Below, one piece after another: positions 1 through 11,801 of a DNA stretch of 64,000 bases. Every line of letters starts with the position of its first letter. The stretch's first letter is position 1. The DNA lies in contig NC_043015.1 in the NCBI RefSeq assembly GCF_006345805.1, forward strand, positions 29,202,001 through 29,266,000, written 5' to 3'. A program made the translations under genes and the position numbers. This DNA comes from Octopus sinensis. Taxonomy: Eukaryota. A model generated the notes under the pieces. It ran no database searches. It was not told where the DNA came from and was given only the letters and a program-made list of their open reading frames with translations.

Positions 1-209
1 ATTCTTAAGTAGCTCCAGAAATATGAAGTCATATTGAAACTTCCTCTTAACATCACTGATGTCCAAGAATATTTTACATTCTAAGAGAATGGAATCTCTT
101 GAGGATATTTTTTCGTGTCATTTCAATAACTTGTGCTGCACTGAATTTGGTAAGGATAAACAGAAAATACACGAAGAATTGGAATATATCAAGAATAATA
201 GTGAATAGG

Positions 210-332
210 TGAGAAGGAGTTGGTGGTGGCCGAGAGACAGACAAAGACAGAAGTAGAGAGAGAACAAGAGAAGGAGCTGGACGAAGGGAGATGGGAGGAG
301 AGAGTGACAGAAACAGAGTGTGAGAAAAGGAC

Positions 333-367
<35 letters not shown>

Positions 368-1016
368 AAGGGACATTGAGATAGAAAGATATAGAAAGTG
401 AAAGTAGAGAAAATGGAAATAGCAATGAAAAGGAAAATGAGAGAGAAGGGGAAACAAAGGAAAGAAGCAGAAAGAGATAGAGAAAGAGAGAGAGAGAGGG
501 AGAGAGAGACATAGATAGAGAGGAGAGATAGACAGAGAGATAAAAGTACAAAGAGAGAAATAGGTATAAAGATGGTGAGAGAGAAAGATGAGGAGAGACA
601 GAGGACATACAAAGAGAGACATAGAGAGAGAGAGAGAGAGAGAGATAGGAATAATGATAAAGAGAGAAAGAGAGAGAGGGAGAGAGACATAGATAGAGAG
701 AAGGAGAGACAGACAAAGAGAGAAATAAGTATAAAGAGGGTGAGAGAGAAAGATAAGGAGAGACAGGGGACATACAAAGAGAGACATAGAGAAAGATAGG
801 AATTATGATAAAGGGAGAAAGAGAGAGAAGGAGAGACATAGACAGAGAGAAGGAGAGACAGAGAAAGAGAGATATAAATACAAAGAGAGAAATATGAAGA
901 GAAATAGGTATAAAGAGAAAGAGGGACAGAAAGGCAAGGAGAGACAGAGAGGACACGCAAAGAGAGAAGTAGAGAGAGATGAGGATAAAGAGAGATAGAG
1001 AGAGAGAGAAAGACAT
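210..1016. repeat. GA-rich polypurine tract with an internal ~170-180 bp degenerate repeat
   Basis: (GA)n/(GACA)n blocks and a recurring gagagacatagatagag...aaataggtataaaga unit; explains the S/L-rich minus-strand ORFs. Confidence 0.9.
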
Positions 1017-1632
1017 AATGATAAATAAAAGTATGTAAAGAATTGTTTGGAAATAAAGGAACTGGTATTGGAAAAGAAATGTCTGTGATGAAGTTCGTTA
1101 TGAATAATGACAGAAATGGCAGCCAACAACAATAAACTAGAAATAAGTATGTAATAAGGCTTGAACGGAAATGAAGGTCGGAGAAATTTCAAAATGTCAT
1201 CAGTTGATGTTGATTGATAACTGGGGTAAATAATAGACCTCCGTACATGTCTCGACATGAAGTGCTTAGGTGAGATTCTGAAGCATTCAGCCATAGATAA
1301 AGACACGATATCTCTTAAAGAACTCGTTCAACTTTCTTCAAACTCATTCACCGAACTTCGAACTAAAATTGAATAGAAGAATTTCGGCAAAAGAAAAAAT
1401 CCTTTTGTCTTGTCCGATCACTTGCTTTGTCATCACTACTTTATCTGCATCTTTTTCTGTCTCTCTCCTCCACCTGGCTCTCTGTGTCTCTATATCTCTC
1501 TCTTCCTCATTCCATCCCTCCCTCCCCCTCCCTCTATCTCAACGCCCCTTTGTCTGTCTCTATCTAGTTCTCTCTCTATGTCTCTCTCTGATTCCCCCCC
1601 CCCCACTTTCTCTTCTACTTATGGTATAGGTT

Positions 1633-2758
1633 ATACTCTTTACTCTCTCTCTCTTTTACTCTTTTACTTGTTTCAGTCATTTGACTGCTGCGGCCATGCT
1701 GGAGCACCGCCTTTAGTCGAGCAACTCCACCCCGGGACTTATTCTTTTGTAAGCCCAGTACTTATTCTATCGGTCTCTTTTTGCCGAACTGCTAAGTAAC
1801 AGGGACATAAGCACACCAGCATCGGTTGTCAAGCAATGCTAGGGGAACAAACACACCAGCATCGGTTGTCAAGCAATGCTAGGGGAACAAACACACCAGC
1901 ATCGGTTGTCAAGCAATGCTAGGGGGAAAACAAACACACCAGCATCGGTTGTCAAGCAATAAGCATGTAGGGGGACAAACACACCAGCATCGGTTGTCAA
2001 GCAATGCTAGGGGGACAAACACACCAGCATCGGTTGTCAAGCAATGCTAGGGGGACAAACACACCAGCATCGGTTGTCAAGCAATGCTAGGGGGACAAAC
2101 ACACCAGCATCGGTTGTCAAGCAATGCTAGGGGGACAAACACACCAGCATCGGTTGTCAAGCAATGCTAGGGGGACAAACACACCAGCATCAGTTGTCAA
2201 GCAATGCTAGGGGGACAAACACACCAGCATCGGTCGTCAAGCAATGCTAGGGGGACAAACACACCAGCATCGGTCGTCAAGCAATGCTAGGGGGACAAAC
2301 ACACCAGCATCGGTCGTCAAGCAATGCTAGGGGGACAAACACACCAGCATCGGTTGTCAAGCAATGCTAGGGGGACAAACACACCAGCATCGGTCGTCAA
2401 GCAATGCTAGGGGGACAAACACACCAGCATCGGTCGTCAAGCAATGCTAGGGGGACACAACACACCAGCATCGTTTGTCAAGCAATGCTAGGGGGACAAC
2501 ACACCAGCATCGGTTGTCAAGCAATGCTAGGGGGACAAACACACCAGCATCGGTCGTCAAGCAATGCTAGGGGGACAACACACCAGCATCGGTCGTCAAG
2601 CAATGCTAGGGGGACAACACACCAGCATCGGTCGTCAAGCAATGTAGGGGGACAAACACACCACATCGGTTGTCAAGCAATGCTAGGGGGACAAACACAA
2701 CCAGCATCGGTCGTCAAGCAATGCTAGGGGGACAAACACAGACACACAAACACACACA

Positions 2759-2808
<50 letters not shown>

Positions 2809-2983
2809 ATACATATATACGACAGGCTTCTTTCAGTTCCGTCTACCAAATCCACTCACAAGGCTTTGGTCAGCCAGAGGCTATAGTAGAAGACACTTGC
2901 CCAAGGTGCCACACAGTGGGACTGAACCCGGAACCATGTGGTTGGTAAGCAAGCTACTTACCACACAGCCACTCCTGCGCCTA
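1633..2983 (-). mobile_element. SINE family A (tRNA-derived head, CORE-like segment, internal TA/TG microsatellite) expanded by an internal 40-bp array
   Basis: Head (rc) GGCGCAGGAGTGGCTGTGTGGTAAG...GGTTCAGTCCC (A/B-box-like) at the right end; tail ACAAGTAAAAGAGTAAAAGAG at the left end; same body as many other copies. Confidence 0.92.
1811..2738. repeat. 40-bp minisatellite, about 23 copies, derived from the SINE-A body
   Basis: Unit acacaccagcatcggttgtcaagcaatgctagggggacaa repeated head to tail with no spacers. Confidence 0.97.
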
Positions 2984-3039
2984 TTAAAATGTTGTCATGC
3001 ATTTTTGCCTGGCATGCTAACTGTTCTGCCAGCACACTG

Positions 3040-3460
3040 CTATGGGGATAGCTGTGTAGTTAAGAAGCCCGCTTTGCAACCATGCAGTTTTGGGGTTCCA
3101 TTCCACTGCATAGCACCTTGGGTAAATGTCTCCTACAATTGCCCTGGGCCACCAATACCTTGTGAGTGAATTTGGTAAATGGAAACTGTGTGGAATCCCA
3201 TATAGGTGTGTCTTTGTGGGTGGTAGATATGAATAAGATCAGAAACTTTAGGGGACTTTAGCAGAGTCCAATCTATTGCAAACATATAGGCACAGGTATG
3301 ACTGCGTGGTAAGAAGCATGCTTCCTAACAACATGGTTTCAGGTTCAGTCCCATTATCTGTCCTGGCATGGTTTCTACAGCTGGATGCCTTTCCTAATGC
3401 CAACCACTCCACAGAATGAACTGGGTGCTTTTTATGTAGTACCAACACCTATATCAATTC
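3040..3460 (+). mobile_element. Old SINE-A head fragments fused to a SINE-B fragment
   Basis: Diverged head at ~3045-3215, second head at ~3290-3355, then ctacagctggatgccttt... of family B. Confidence 0.65.
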
Positions 3461-4189
3461 TGTTGTGGTGGACTCAGTTCTGCCACACACACACACACAC
3501 ACACACAAACACAGACACACACACACACAAACACAGACACACACACACACAAACACAGACACACACACACACACACAAACACAGACACACACACACACAT
3601 ACATACATCAACAGTTCAAATCGAGTGCAAATATTTTGTTATGTTCCTGGGCTGAACACACAATTCTACATTACTTTAGCTTGTCTAACAGTCAGAAATG
3701 GAAACCAATATTCTAGGAATAACATTACTTACAGTTTTTCGGTATTATTTTCATTTTACAACTAAATAATCATTATAAGTATTTGTTCTATTACAACAAT
3801 ATATCATAACAGCAAAGAATGATTCGGTAGAGCAAAAATATTGAGAGTTATAACCTTAAACACCCTTTGAAATTAATCTTCTAATGTTTTACCTAACGGT
3901 AATTATAATGTTCACTTCTGAACAACAAGATCTAAAAACTATTTTTTCTTTCATTGAATCAATTTCCTTAAATATCACAAACGGTAATAAACAGTAAAAC
4001 AAATAGGAAATCGAGAAGATTATTGTATTTGTTTTCTAGTTAAACAAGTTGTTAAGGATGTGGTCTTATTGACTGGAAGGTCAGTAGTTAATTCCTGCAA
4101 CTGGCACTCAGCCACGACCCTAGTAAAGACACTTAACTCTCAATGACCTAATTTAATTAGATGTAATATGAGGACGCGCAGTTCGCCTT

Positions 4190-4881
4190 TGATGAAAGTA
4201 GGGATACTATGAGAGCTAATGAGTGTACTAAACTTTATGCTTTCTCTGTGCAAAAATTTGCGAGAAACAGGGGAGAATTAGGATAGTTGCCCTTTGTATT
4301 GAGGAAAATGTGTGTAAATAACTCTGAAAGATCTTGCCATTATAAAATTATTAACCATCTTACAAACAATAACTTTGAGCACCTTTTCAAACTCCACCTG
4401 TCAAACACCAGTGGACATATTTACAAAGCCAGAAAACAGCACAGCTCCCATGACTTTCGGAAACATTTTTTTACGCTAAGAGTTGCTGAAGCATGGAACA
4501 AACTGCCGGCATCAGTTGTTAGTTATCGGAGCACTGATGAAAGTAGGGATACTATGAGAGCTAATGAGTGTACTAAACTTTATGCTTTCTCTGTGCAAAA
4601 ATTTGCGAGAAACAGGGGAGAATTAGGATAGTTGCCCTTTGTATTGAGGAAAATGTGTGTAAATAACTCTGAAAGATCTTGCCATTATAAAATTATTAAC
4701 CATCTTACAAACAATAACTCTGAGCACCTTTTCAAACTCCACCTGTCAAACACCAGTGGACATATTTACAAAGCCAGAAAACAGCACAGCTCCCATGACT
4801 TTCGGAAACATTTTTTTACGCTAAGAGTTGCTGAAGCATGGAACAAACTGCCGGCATCAGTTGTTAGTTATCGGAGCACTG
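4190..4881. repeat. 345-bp near-perfect tandem duplication (2 copies)
   Basis: gatgaaagtaggg starts at 4191 and 4536; only one difference noticed (aactttgagc vs aactctgagc); ORFs at 4287 and 4632 are offset by 345. Confidence 0.97.
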
Positions 4882-5088
4882 CATCCTTCAAAACTTCCAT
4901 GCTTCCTGAGATTCGCCAACACTACACCTGATTTTCTCCCCTCAATACACACACAAGCATGTATCTGACTCATACACTGTTCGCTTTCCAGACATTTGTA
5001 CATTACTGCAAATGCTTTATACATACTTTTTGACAAGTTGTGGTGCACCTGAGCACTGTATACAATAATTTCATTATTATTATTATAA
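4337..5088 (+). mobile_element. CR1/L2-type LINE 3' end (RT C-terminus, 3'UTR, (ATT)n tail), partly duplicated
   Basis: Translates to HLFKLHLSNTSGHIYKARKQHSSHDFRKHFFTLRVAEAWNKLPASVVSYRSTASFK, matching the TRGH..K...R..FF..RV...WN.LP..VV...S...FK motif; ends in cattattattattat. Confidence 0.88.
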
Positions 5089-5505
5089 GAACTTGCTCAA
5101 ATAACAGAAGATCTGGCTCGAATAATAGATCTTGTTCGAATAATAGATGTTGCTCAAATTAGTTTTGGTGAAAAGTTTGTTATACTATCATAGACCTACT
5201 ACCTCTGTGATTACTCAGATATTCTACACCCCAAGCAATGTGTTGAACGATTCTTTAAAAAAATGCTAAATGACTAAAATATATCAATACAAAATAAACT
5301 AAAGCATGTAGGAAGAACATGTGACTTACAGATGTTCAGCATGTTGATACAACATGACTAAAGTGTCTTGTATCAAAGATAAAATAAATTGAAGGAAAGG
5401 AGACAACAGCTGTCTTGGTAATATAGTCATTACAGACGTGAAGTGTCAGTTTGGTGTTTTGTGGTGATTCTATAAATAATAGCAGTCTAGTTTTCCTTGT
5501 CACAG

Positions 5506-5593
5506 ACTTCATTAGCATTCAGTAACGTTAGAGATTCTATAATCACAATCGAACATCGAATTCTCCGCGATACTTTTGTAATGCTAGTATTAT
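5506..5593 (+). CDS. Candidate internal exon of an unidentified gene
   Basis: Acceptor gttttccttgtcacag, donor T|gtaagt, open frame TSLAFSNVRDSIITIEHRILRDTFVMLVL (phase 0 to 1). Confidence 0.4.
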
Positions 5594-5681
5594 GTAAGTG
5601 CGTTATGGAACTAATACCAGGAGTCTTTGATTCAGATGTAGTCGGATTTTTGTAAGAAATTTCTTTTATCGTCTTTCCCAG

Positions 5682-5758
5682 GTGCTTTGTTTGTAAACAT
5701 GTCTAAGCACAATAGTGGAGAGCTCTTTTCTGTACAGGCATTAAATGAATTTCAGATA
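5682..5758 (+). CDS. Candidate internal exon following an 88-nt intron
   Basis: Acceptor tttcttttatcgtctttcccag, donor A|gtaatt; phase-compatible with 5506-5593, giving CALFVNMSKHNSGELFSVQALNEFQI. Confidence 0.4.
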
Positions 5759-6275
5759 GTAATTTTAATGTCTGATTAATATCTGGTTTTTTTTTTTAAA
5801 GCCTATTTTATTCCACAGAAGAGATAAAAGAAAAAGAAATTAAAATCAGTTTGATAATTATTGCAACACATACAGTAAAATTCAATAACAAATTTCACAA
5901 AGCAAATTCTATATTTCTTTATTCCAGTAAAAACAGTTCAGTTTTTCTTTTGATACGTATAACTAGTTTTTGTTTTTGTTTTTCACTAAGCATGAGATTT
6001 TTTAAAATACTCCACAAAAATACAATATTATTTTCAAATTGAGCTTATCTCAAATGGATAATATATTTATTTGCTAGATTTGCATTTTTAAAAAATATCC
6101 TTATCAAAAAGAAGAAAGAATTGCAAAATATATATTTCTATGTCTGATTCGTTTGTTGATTACGCTTCTACCTATTAGAACATAAAACCCAGTTATTATT
6201 GAAACTTATTTAGTCGAAGTCACCAAACAGGAGATATTTTAAACAGTTCAAAGAGATTTTCTTTGGCAAACTCAG

Positions 6276-6348
6276 AATCATGGCACTGCTTCTATCATTC
6301 AATCTATAACAGAATGGTTGCATCAACACTTAAGCGAGTTCTTCAAGG
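6276..6348 (+). CDS. Candidate exon
   Basis: Acceptor ttttctttggcaaactcag, donor AGG|gtaaag; phase 0 gives NHGTASIIQSITEWLHQHLSEFFKG; a second frame is also open, so the frame is ambiguous. Confidence 0.28.
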
Positions 6349-6479
6349 GTAAAGGAACTGCTATAGAAACAGAGGCGAGAGCTTGTCATCTTACAAACCA
6401 ATGTGGAAGAGATTTTGCTTGATAACAAAAATAGCTGTTCCACAGTCAGGGTAACCTTTGCAGTTTTTATTTCCGACAT

Positions 6480-6815
6480 CATCATCATCATCATCACCAT
6501 CATCATTTAACGTTTGTTTTCCATGCTAACATGGGGTGAACGGTTCGACCGGGGTCTGGGAAGCCAGGAGGCTGCACCAGGCTCTGATCTGGCAGTGCTT
6601 CTACAGCTGGATGCCCTTCCTAACGCCAACCACTCTGTGGATGTAGTGGGTGTTTTTTATGTGCCACTGGCACAGGGGCCAGAGGAGGCTGGCAAATGGC
6701 CACGATCAGTTGGTGCTTTTTACGTGTCACTGATACAGACGCCAGTCAGGTGGCACCGGCACCTGCCATGTTCAGACGGTGCTTTTTACATGCCACTGGC
6801 ACGGGCATCTTAACT
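6480..6815 (-). mobile_element. SINE-like family B ((GAT)n tail, internal TGGCACGTAAAAAGCAC repeats)
   Basis: (cat)n-ttaacg tail at left; ctacagctggatgcccttcctaacgccaaccac core; repeated gtgctttttacgtgcca modules. Confidence 0.85.
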
Positions 6816-7199
6816 ACAATTTCAATTTGATTTTTATTTTGATGTTGGTGTTGACGTACTTGACTCAATAGGTCTCCTCAAGAACAGCGGGTCACGCTAC
6901 GATCCAAGGTTAGCACAGCAGGCCGTCCTGCAAGCCATGAACTCACATCATTTGTCGGGTCTTCACAATTACAGCATATCTCTGAGGTCTATGAAAACAT
7001 TGACACGAATTTAGATTTATGAAAACGTCATCACCATTGTACTAACGTCCACTTTTCTTCCATGCTTACATTGGTCAGACTCAATTCATTGAGACAGAAA
7101 TTTAATGGCGGCCGGACACCCTTCTTGTCACCAACCCTCACTTCTTTCTAAGTGAGGTAATACTTTGCCTATGACCAGACATGTACTTAGCAAAGATTA

Positions 7200-7480
7200 G
7201 TGCCAGTGGTACTTAAAAGCACCACCACACTCTCGGAGTGGTTGGCATTAGGAAGGGCATCCAGCTGTAGAAACTCTGCCAGATCAGATTGGAGCCTGGT
7301 GCAGCCTTCTGGCTTCCAAGATCCTGGTCGAACCTTCCCACCCATGCTAGCATGGAAAACAGACGTTAAACTCTGCCGGATCAGATTGGAGCCTGGTGCA
7401 GCCATCTGGTTTGCCAGTGCTCAGTCAAAGCGTCTAACCCATGCTAGCATGGAAAGCAGATGTTAAACAACAACAGAAAT
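7200..7480 (+). mobile_element. SINE-B with internal partial duplication
   Basis: Core ggcattaggaagggcatccagctgtagaaac; the segment ccagatcagattggagcctggtgcagcc...cccatgctagcatggaaa occurs twice. Confidence 0.8.
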
Positions 7481-7785
7481 GAACGACACCATTTATATGT
7501 CAATGAAGTTCATATACAACTATCACATTACACAAAGACAAGGAGACACACACACACACACACACACAAACACACACATGCACACACATGCACACACATG
7601 CACAAACACAAACAAAGACACAATGGGCTTCTTTTAGTTTTCATTTACCAAATCCATTCACAAGACTTTGGTTTGTCCAGGGCTCTAGTAGAAAACACTA
7701 ACCCAAGGTGCCGCACAGTAGGACTGAACTTGAAACCACTTGGTTGGGAAGTAAACTCTGTAATCACTTACCCACATCTGCACCC

Positions 7786-8180
7786 TCTTTTACTCTTTTA
7801 CTTGTTTCAGTCATTTTGACTGCGGCCATCCTGAAGCACCGCCTTTAGTCGAGCAAATCGACCCCGGGACTTATTCTTTGTAAGCCCAGTACTTATTCTA
7901 TCGGTCTCTTTTGCCGAACTGCTAGATTACAGGGACATAAACACACCAGCATCAGTTGTCAAGCAATGATAGGGGGACAAACACACACACACACACATAT
8001 ATATATACATATATACAACGGGCTTCTTTCAGTTTCCGTCTACCAAATTTACTCACAAGGCTTTGGTCGGCCCGAGGCTATAGTAGAAGACACTTGCCCA
8101 AGGTGCCACGTAGTGGGACTGAACCCGGAACCATGTGGTTGGTAAACAAGCTACTTACCACACAGCCACTCCTGCACCTA
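7786..8180 (-). mobile_element. SINE-A full length (older partial copy immediately upstream at ~7625-7780)
   Basis: Complete head-body-tail match to family A. Confidence 0.92.
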
Positions 8181-9094
8181 TGCACCTATACAATTCATTT
8201 TAAATTCTAAGATAAACTAAATAAACCAGATGAAATTAACTGCAAAAAACCAAAATATTTGCATCTGATTTCACCAGATAAAACCCCTCTCTTTAACCAA
8301 TATTTAACATTCCAAAACAAAAAAAAAATAATTGAAATAAAGTCACATTGTCAATGAGTTAATAAAACAGATGAATGATTTAGATATAAAATATGCAACT
8401 TCAACTGAAAATTTTGAATGAAGGAAAACATTACAAGATTTCAAACCCACAAAATATTATTATTATTATTATTATTATTATATTATTATTATTATTATTA
8501 TTATTATTATCAATACGTTGCTGAAGTTAACCGAGAAATTTTAAGCAGTTTTTTTTTGGTTTTGTTTTATGTTTTTGTCAGTCAATTAAATGTTGCTTTG
8601 AGCAATAACAAAAACAAAAAAAAACAAGAAAAAAACAAAATGGCACCCCTGAAAGCAAATCAAGATGAAGATTTATATCTAACATTCAACAAAACCTCCA
8701 CATCTACTCTAGTATTAACACAAATTAGAGTCACATTAAATTTTTACGGATTATGGTCTGACATTAGAGAAACGGAGAGGAAGGTTTTATGAGTCTTAAA
8801 TGGCATAATTAATATGGTGGAAATAACTTTGATACACAGTCAAAGACTGCCAATGGTGTTACTGCAACATTGTTATTATTATGCAATTATAATAACGAAA
8901 TATAAAAATAATTTGGGGTTGGCTTTGCTACTTAAGCAACAAGTTATGTACTTAGCTGGTCAAAGAATGACCAAAGCTTTCGATACTTCAGTTCTCTGAT
9001 TATTGGTTATAAACCAACAATTAGCGGTTTGTTTTATCAGAAAACTTCCAATGTGTCTGAAATGGCATTCAGCCAATTGTTTTTATAAATTCAG

Positions 9095-9217
9095 TGCCAT
9101 CGTGCAACCCTTCCTAGCTTTCGAGGTACCTGAAGCAAGATTTTTACAGACATGTGCTCTTCCTGGTGCCAAAGAATTCAAAAGGGCAGAATTGGAAGAT
9201 GATTTTAAAATAATGAG
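9095..9217 (+). CDS. Candidate exon
   Basis: Acceptor ttgtttttataaattcag, donor AG|gtatat; 123 nt open frame AIVQPFLAFEVPEARFLQTCALPGAKEFKRAELEDDFKIMR; no family recognised. Confidence 0.3.
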
Positions 9218-9302
9218 GTATATTAATTGATGTAGCATTAGATATGCTGTCCAATAAACATTTAACCCTTTAGCATTTAAACTGACCATTTAAACTGACC
9301 AT

Positions 9303-9474
9303 AGGCGCAGGAGTGGCTGTGTGGTAAGTAGCTTGCTAACCACCCACATGGTTCTGGGTTCAGTCCCACTGCGTGGCACCTTGGGCTAGTGTCTTCTACT
9401 ATAGCCTCGGGCCGACCAAAGCCTTGTGAGTGGATTTAGGAGAAGGAAACTGAAAGAAGCTCGTTGTATAAATG

Positions 9475-9528
<54 letters not shown>

Positions 9529-9735
9529 TGTGTTTGTCCCCCTAGCATTGCTTGACAACCGATGCTGGTGTGTTTACGTCCCCGTTACTTAGCGGTTCAG
9601 CAAAAGAGACCGATAGAATAAGTACTGGGCTTACAAAAGAATAAGTCCCGGGGTCGAGTTGCTCGATTAAAGGCGGTGCTCCAGCATGGCCACAGTCAAA
9701 TGACTGAAACAAGTAAAAGAGTAAAAGAGAGTAAG
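9303..9735 (+). mobile_element. SINE-A full length, inserted in a ttaacccttt-starting MITE-like relic
   Basis: aggcgcaggagtggc head to aagtaaaagagtaaaagag tail. Confidence 0.92.
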
Positions 9736-9770
9736 ATCCGGCTCAAATATTCTAACTGTTTTATATCCAA

Positions 9771-10080
9771 ATTAGCAGTATTGCCCGGCGTTGCTCGGGT
9801 TTGTTTCGACCCTTTAGAATTGGAATTTTTGAAAAGTAAAAATTTTGCATTATGTAGCTTGTTATTCTCTTTAAGTGAACATTTTTCTGGTTGAAGAAAA
9901 ACACCGAAAAATGGCGACACAGCAGTCAAAAAATCGTAAAAAAATAGGGATTTTCATAGAAAAAAATGCACCTTTTTGATGTAAATAATTTTTGGTGTTA
10001 ACATGGTCCGATTTGAATTTTTTCTTCTACGGAAGGAAGAGCAAGCCTTCTTCTACCAAACTCTCAATTTTGGTCAACTT
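9771..10080 (+). mobile_element. Helentron/HINE-like non-autonomous element, 5' portion
   Basis: Starts attagcagtattgcccggcgttgctcgggtttgt, the same terminus (reverse complement) as 18460-18492. Confidence 0.7.
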
Positions 10081-10414
10081 GTACAGATTATAGGTCTGCT
10101 CAGTCAGAGACGATGGAGTGGGAGTGGGTCAGGGTGGGTTGGAGGGGGCAGGGGCTAAGGTAGCAACAGGGACATCTAACCTTCAGCTAACAAAGGAGTT
10201 GATATTCTGCTCTTAAGCTACACCTCATCATCTTAAAAAGGGGAAAGGATACATTAGTTTAGGGGTCATCACACTTACTATTGTCATGCTTTCACTACAA
10301 AATATCAACAACACTGTTGGCCTCACCTGCTTTCGTTAATAAAAAGTATGCAAAGTATTAAGGGGAATGAAACAAAATACCAGGTGCTTTGTAATCTCAC
10401 TTATAGGCAGTGAT

Positions 10415-10663
10415 CATATACACACATACATACATACATACACACATACTTACACAAACACAAAATACATACATATACACAAAAACAAACATACATAAAT
10501 GCATACATACACAAACACACATAGATACATATACACAAACACACACATATATACATAAATATACACAAAAACACAAACATACACAAACACATACATACAT
10601 ACATACATGCATGCATACATACATACATACATACACACACTTCATATATATTTATATTTATAC

Positions 10664-10705
<42 letters not shown>

Positions 10706-11138
10706 CTTCAGCACAATAAATTTATTTTTTAAAACCCAATATTTTAGTTAACTTCCTCTTTTTCATACATATATGCATATGAGGGAGCATCAAAGTGCAT
10801 TAAGTGATGTTCAACAAAGATAGATTACACTTTGATGTTCAACAAAGATAGATTACACTTTGATGTCTTAATCGCAATATTTTATATAAAACAATTTCCA
10901 TTGAGGAATTGTAACCAGATGCCGTATAAGCATATGCTAAAACACCACCACCACATATGCACACACAGAGGCATATATGCTCACACACACATGTATATGT
11001 ATATCTATGTTTGAATCTATGTATGTATGTATGTATGTATAGACATACGCACACACAGGTACGTAGTAAGAGATACAGAGAAAGACAAAGGAGAGAAAAG
11101 AGGAAATAAAGATAAATTTGTATGTGTGTGTGTGCATA

Positions 11139-11183
<45 letters not shown>

Positions 11184-11263
11184 ATACATATATATATACA
11201 TATACATACATACATATATATATATATACATATACATACATATATATACATATACATACATAC

Positions 11264-11306
<43 letters not shown>

Positions 11307-11405
11307 TGTATATATATGTCTGTGTGTGCGTATGACTATACATACATACACATATATATTCCCATACACACGCGCGCATATACATGTGTGTGTGTGTGTG
11401 TGTGC
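10415..11405. repeat. Compound (CA)/(TA)/(TG)/(CATA) microsatellite blocks
   Basis: Direct inspection; source of the IYIY/CVCV ORFs. Confidence 0.95.
10805..10866. repeat. Perfect 28-bp tandem duplication
   Basis: tgatgttcaacaaagatagattacactt x2 plus tgatgt. Confidence 0.97.
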
Positions 11406-11566
11406 TTGTGAGTATGAGTGACAAATTCATAATTCAACAGGTAGCAGCACCATAGTTTTATAGAAAGTATCTAAGAATTTCTAACCATGATTTTTCGTCT
11501 GCTTTGATCAACTGAACAACCAAGTTCATTAAATTAGCATATATATAGCTGAGTATTCCACAGACA

Positions 11567-11770
11567 TACTCTTGTTACTTTCTTACTCGTTTCAGTCACT
11601 TGACTGCGGCCATGCTGGAGCACCGCCTTCAGTCGAGCAAATAAATCCCAGGACTTATTCTTTGTAAGCCTAGTACTTATTCTATCAGTCTCTTTTGCCG
11701 AACCGCTAAGTTGCAGGGACGTAAACACACCAGCATCGGTTGTCAAGCGATGTTGGAGGGACAAACACAG

Positions 11771-11801
<31 letters not shown>

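Noticed and set aside
86-149. Exon candidate RMESLEDIFSCHFNNLCCTEFG with gtaagg donor
   Set aside because: Weak acceptor, phase does not join the 5506 exon, and no recognisable family.
74-1016. Long minus-strand ORFs of 237-280 aa
   Set aside because: Translations of a GA-rich tract, which lacks stop codons on the CT strand; S/L/F low complexity.
1811-2738. CRISPR-like appearance of the 40-bp array
   Set aside because: Units abut with no unique spacers, the unit is a SINE segment, the DNA is eukaryotic and no cas genes are present.
4040-4079. Exon candidate VKQVVKDVVLLTG with good splice sites
   Set aside because: Overlaps what looks like an old tRNA-SINE head (continues to ...gtaaagacacttaactc), so the splice signals are probably incidental.
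9275-9302. 13-bp duplication atttaaactgacc as a TSD of the adjacent SINE
   Set aside because: Both copies lie on the same side of the SINE.
9303-9375. tRNA genes at SINE heads
   Set aside because: A/B boxes are present, but there is no complete cloverleaf and they continue into the SINE body.
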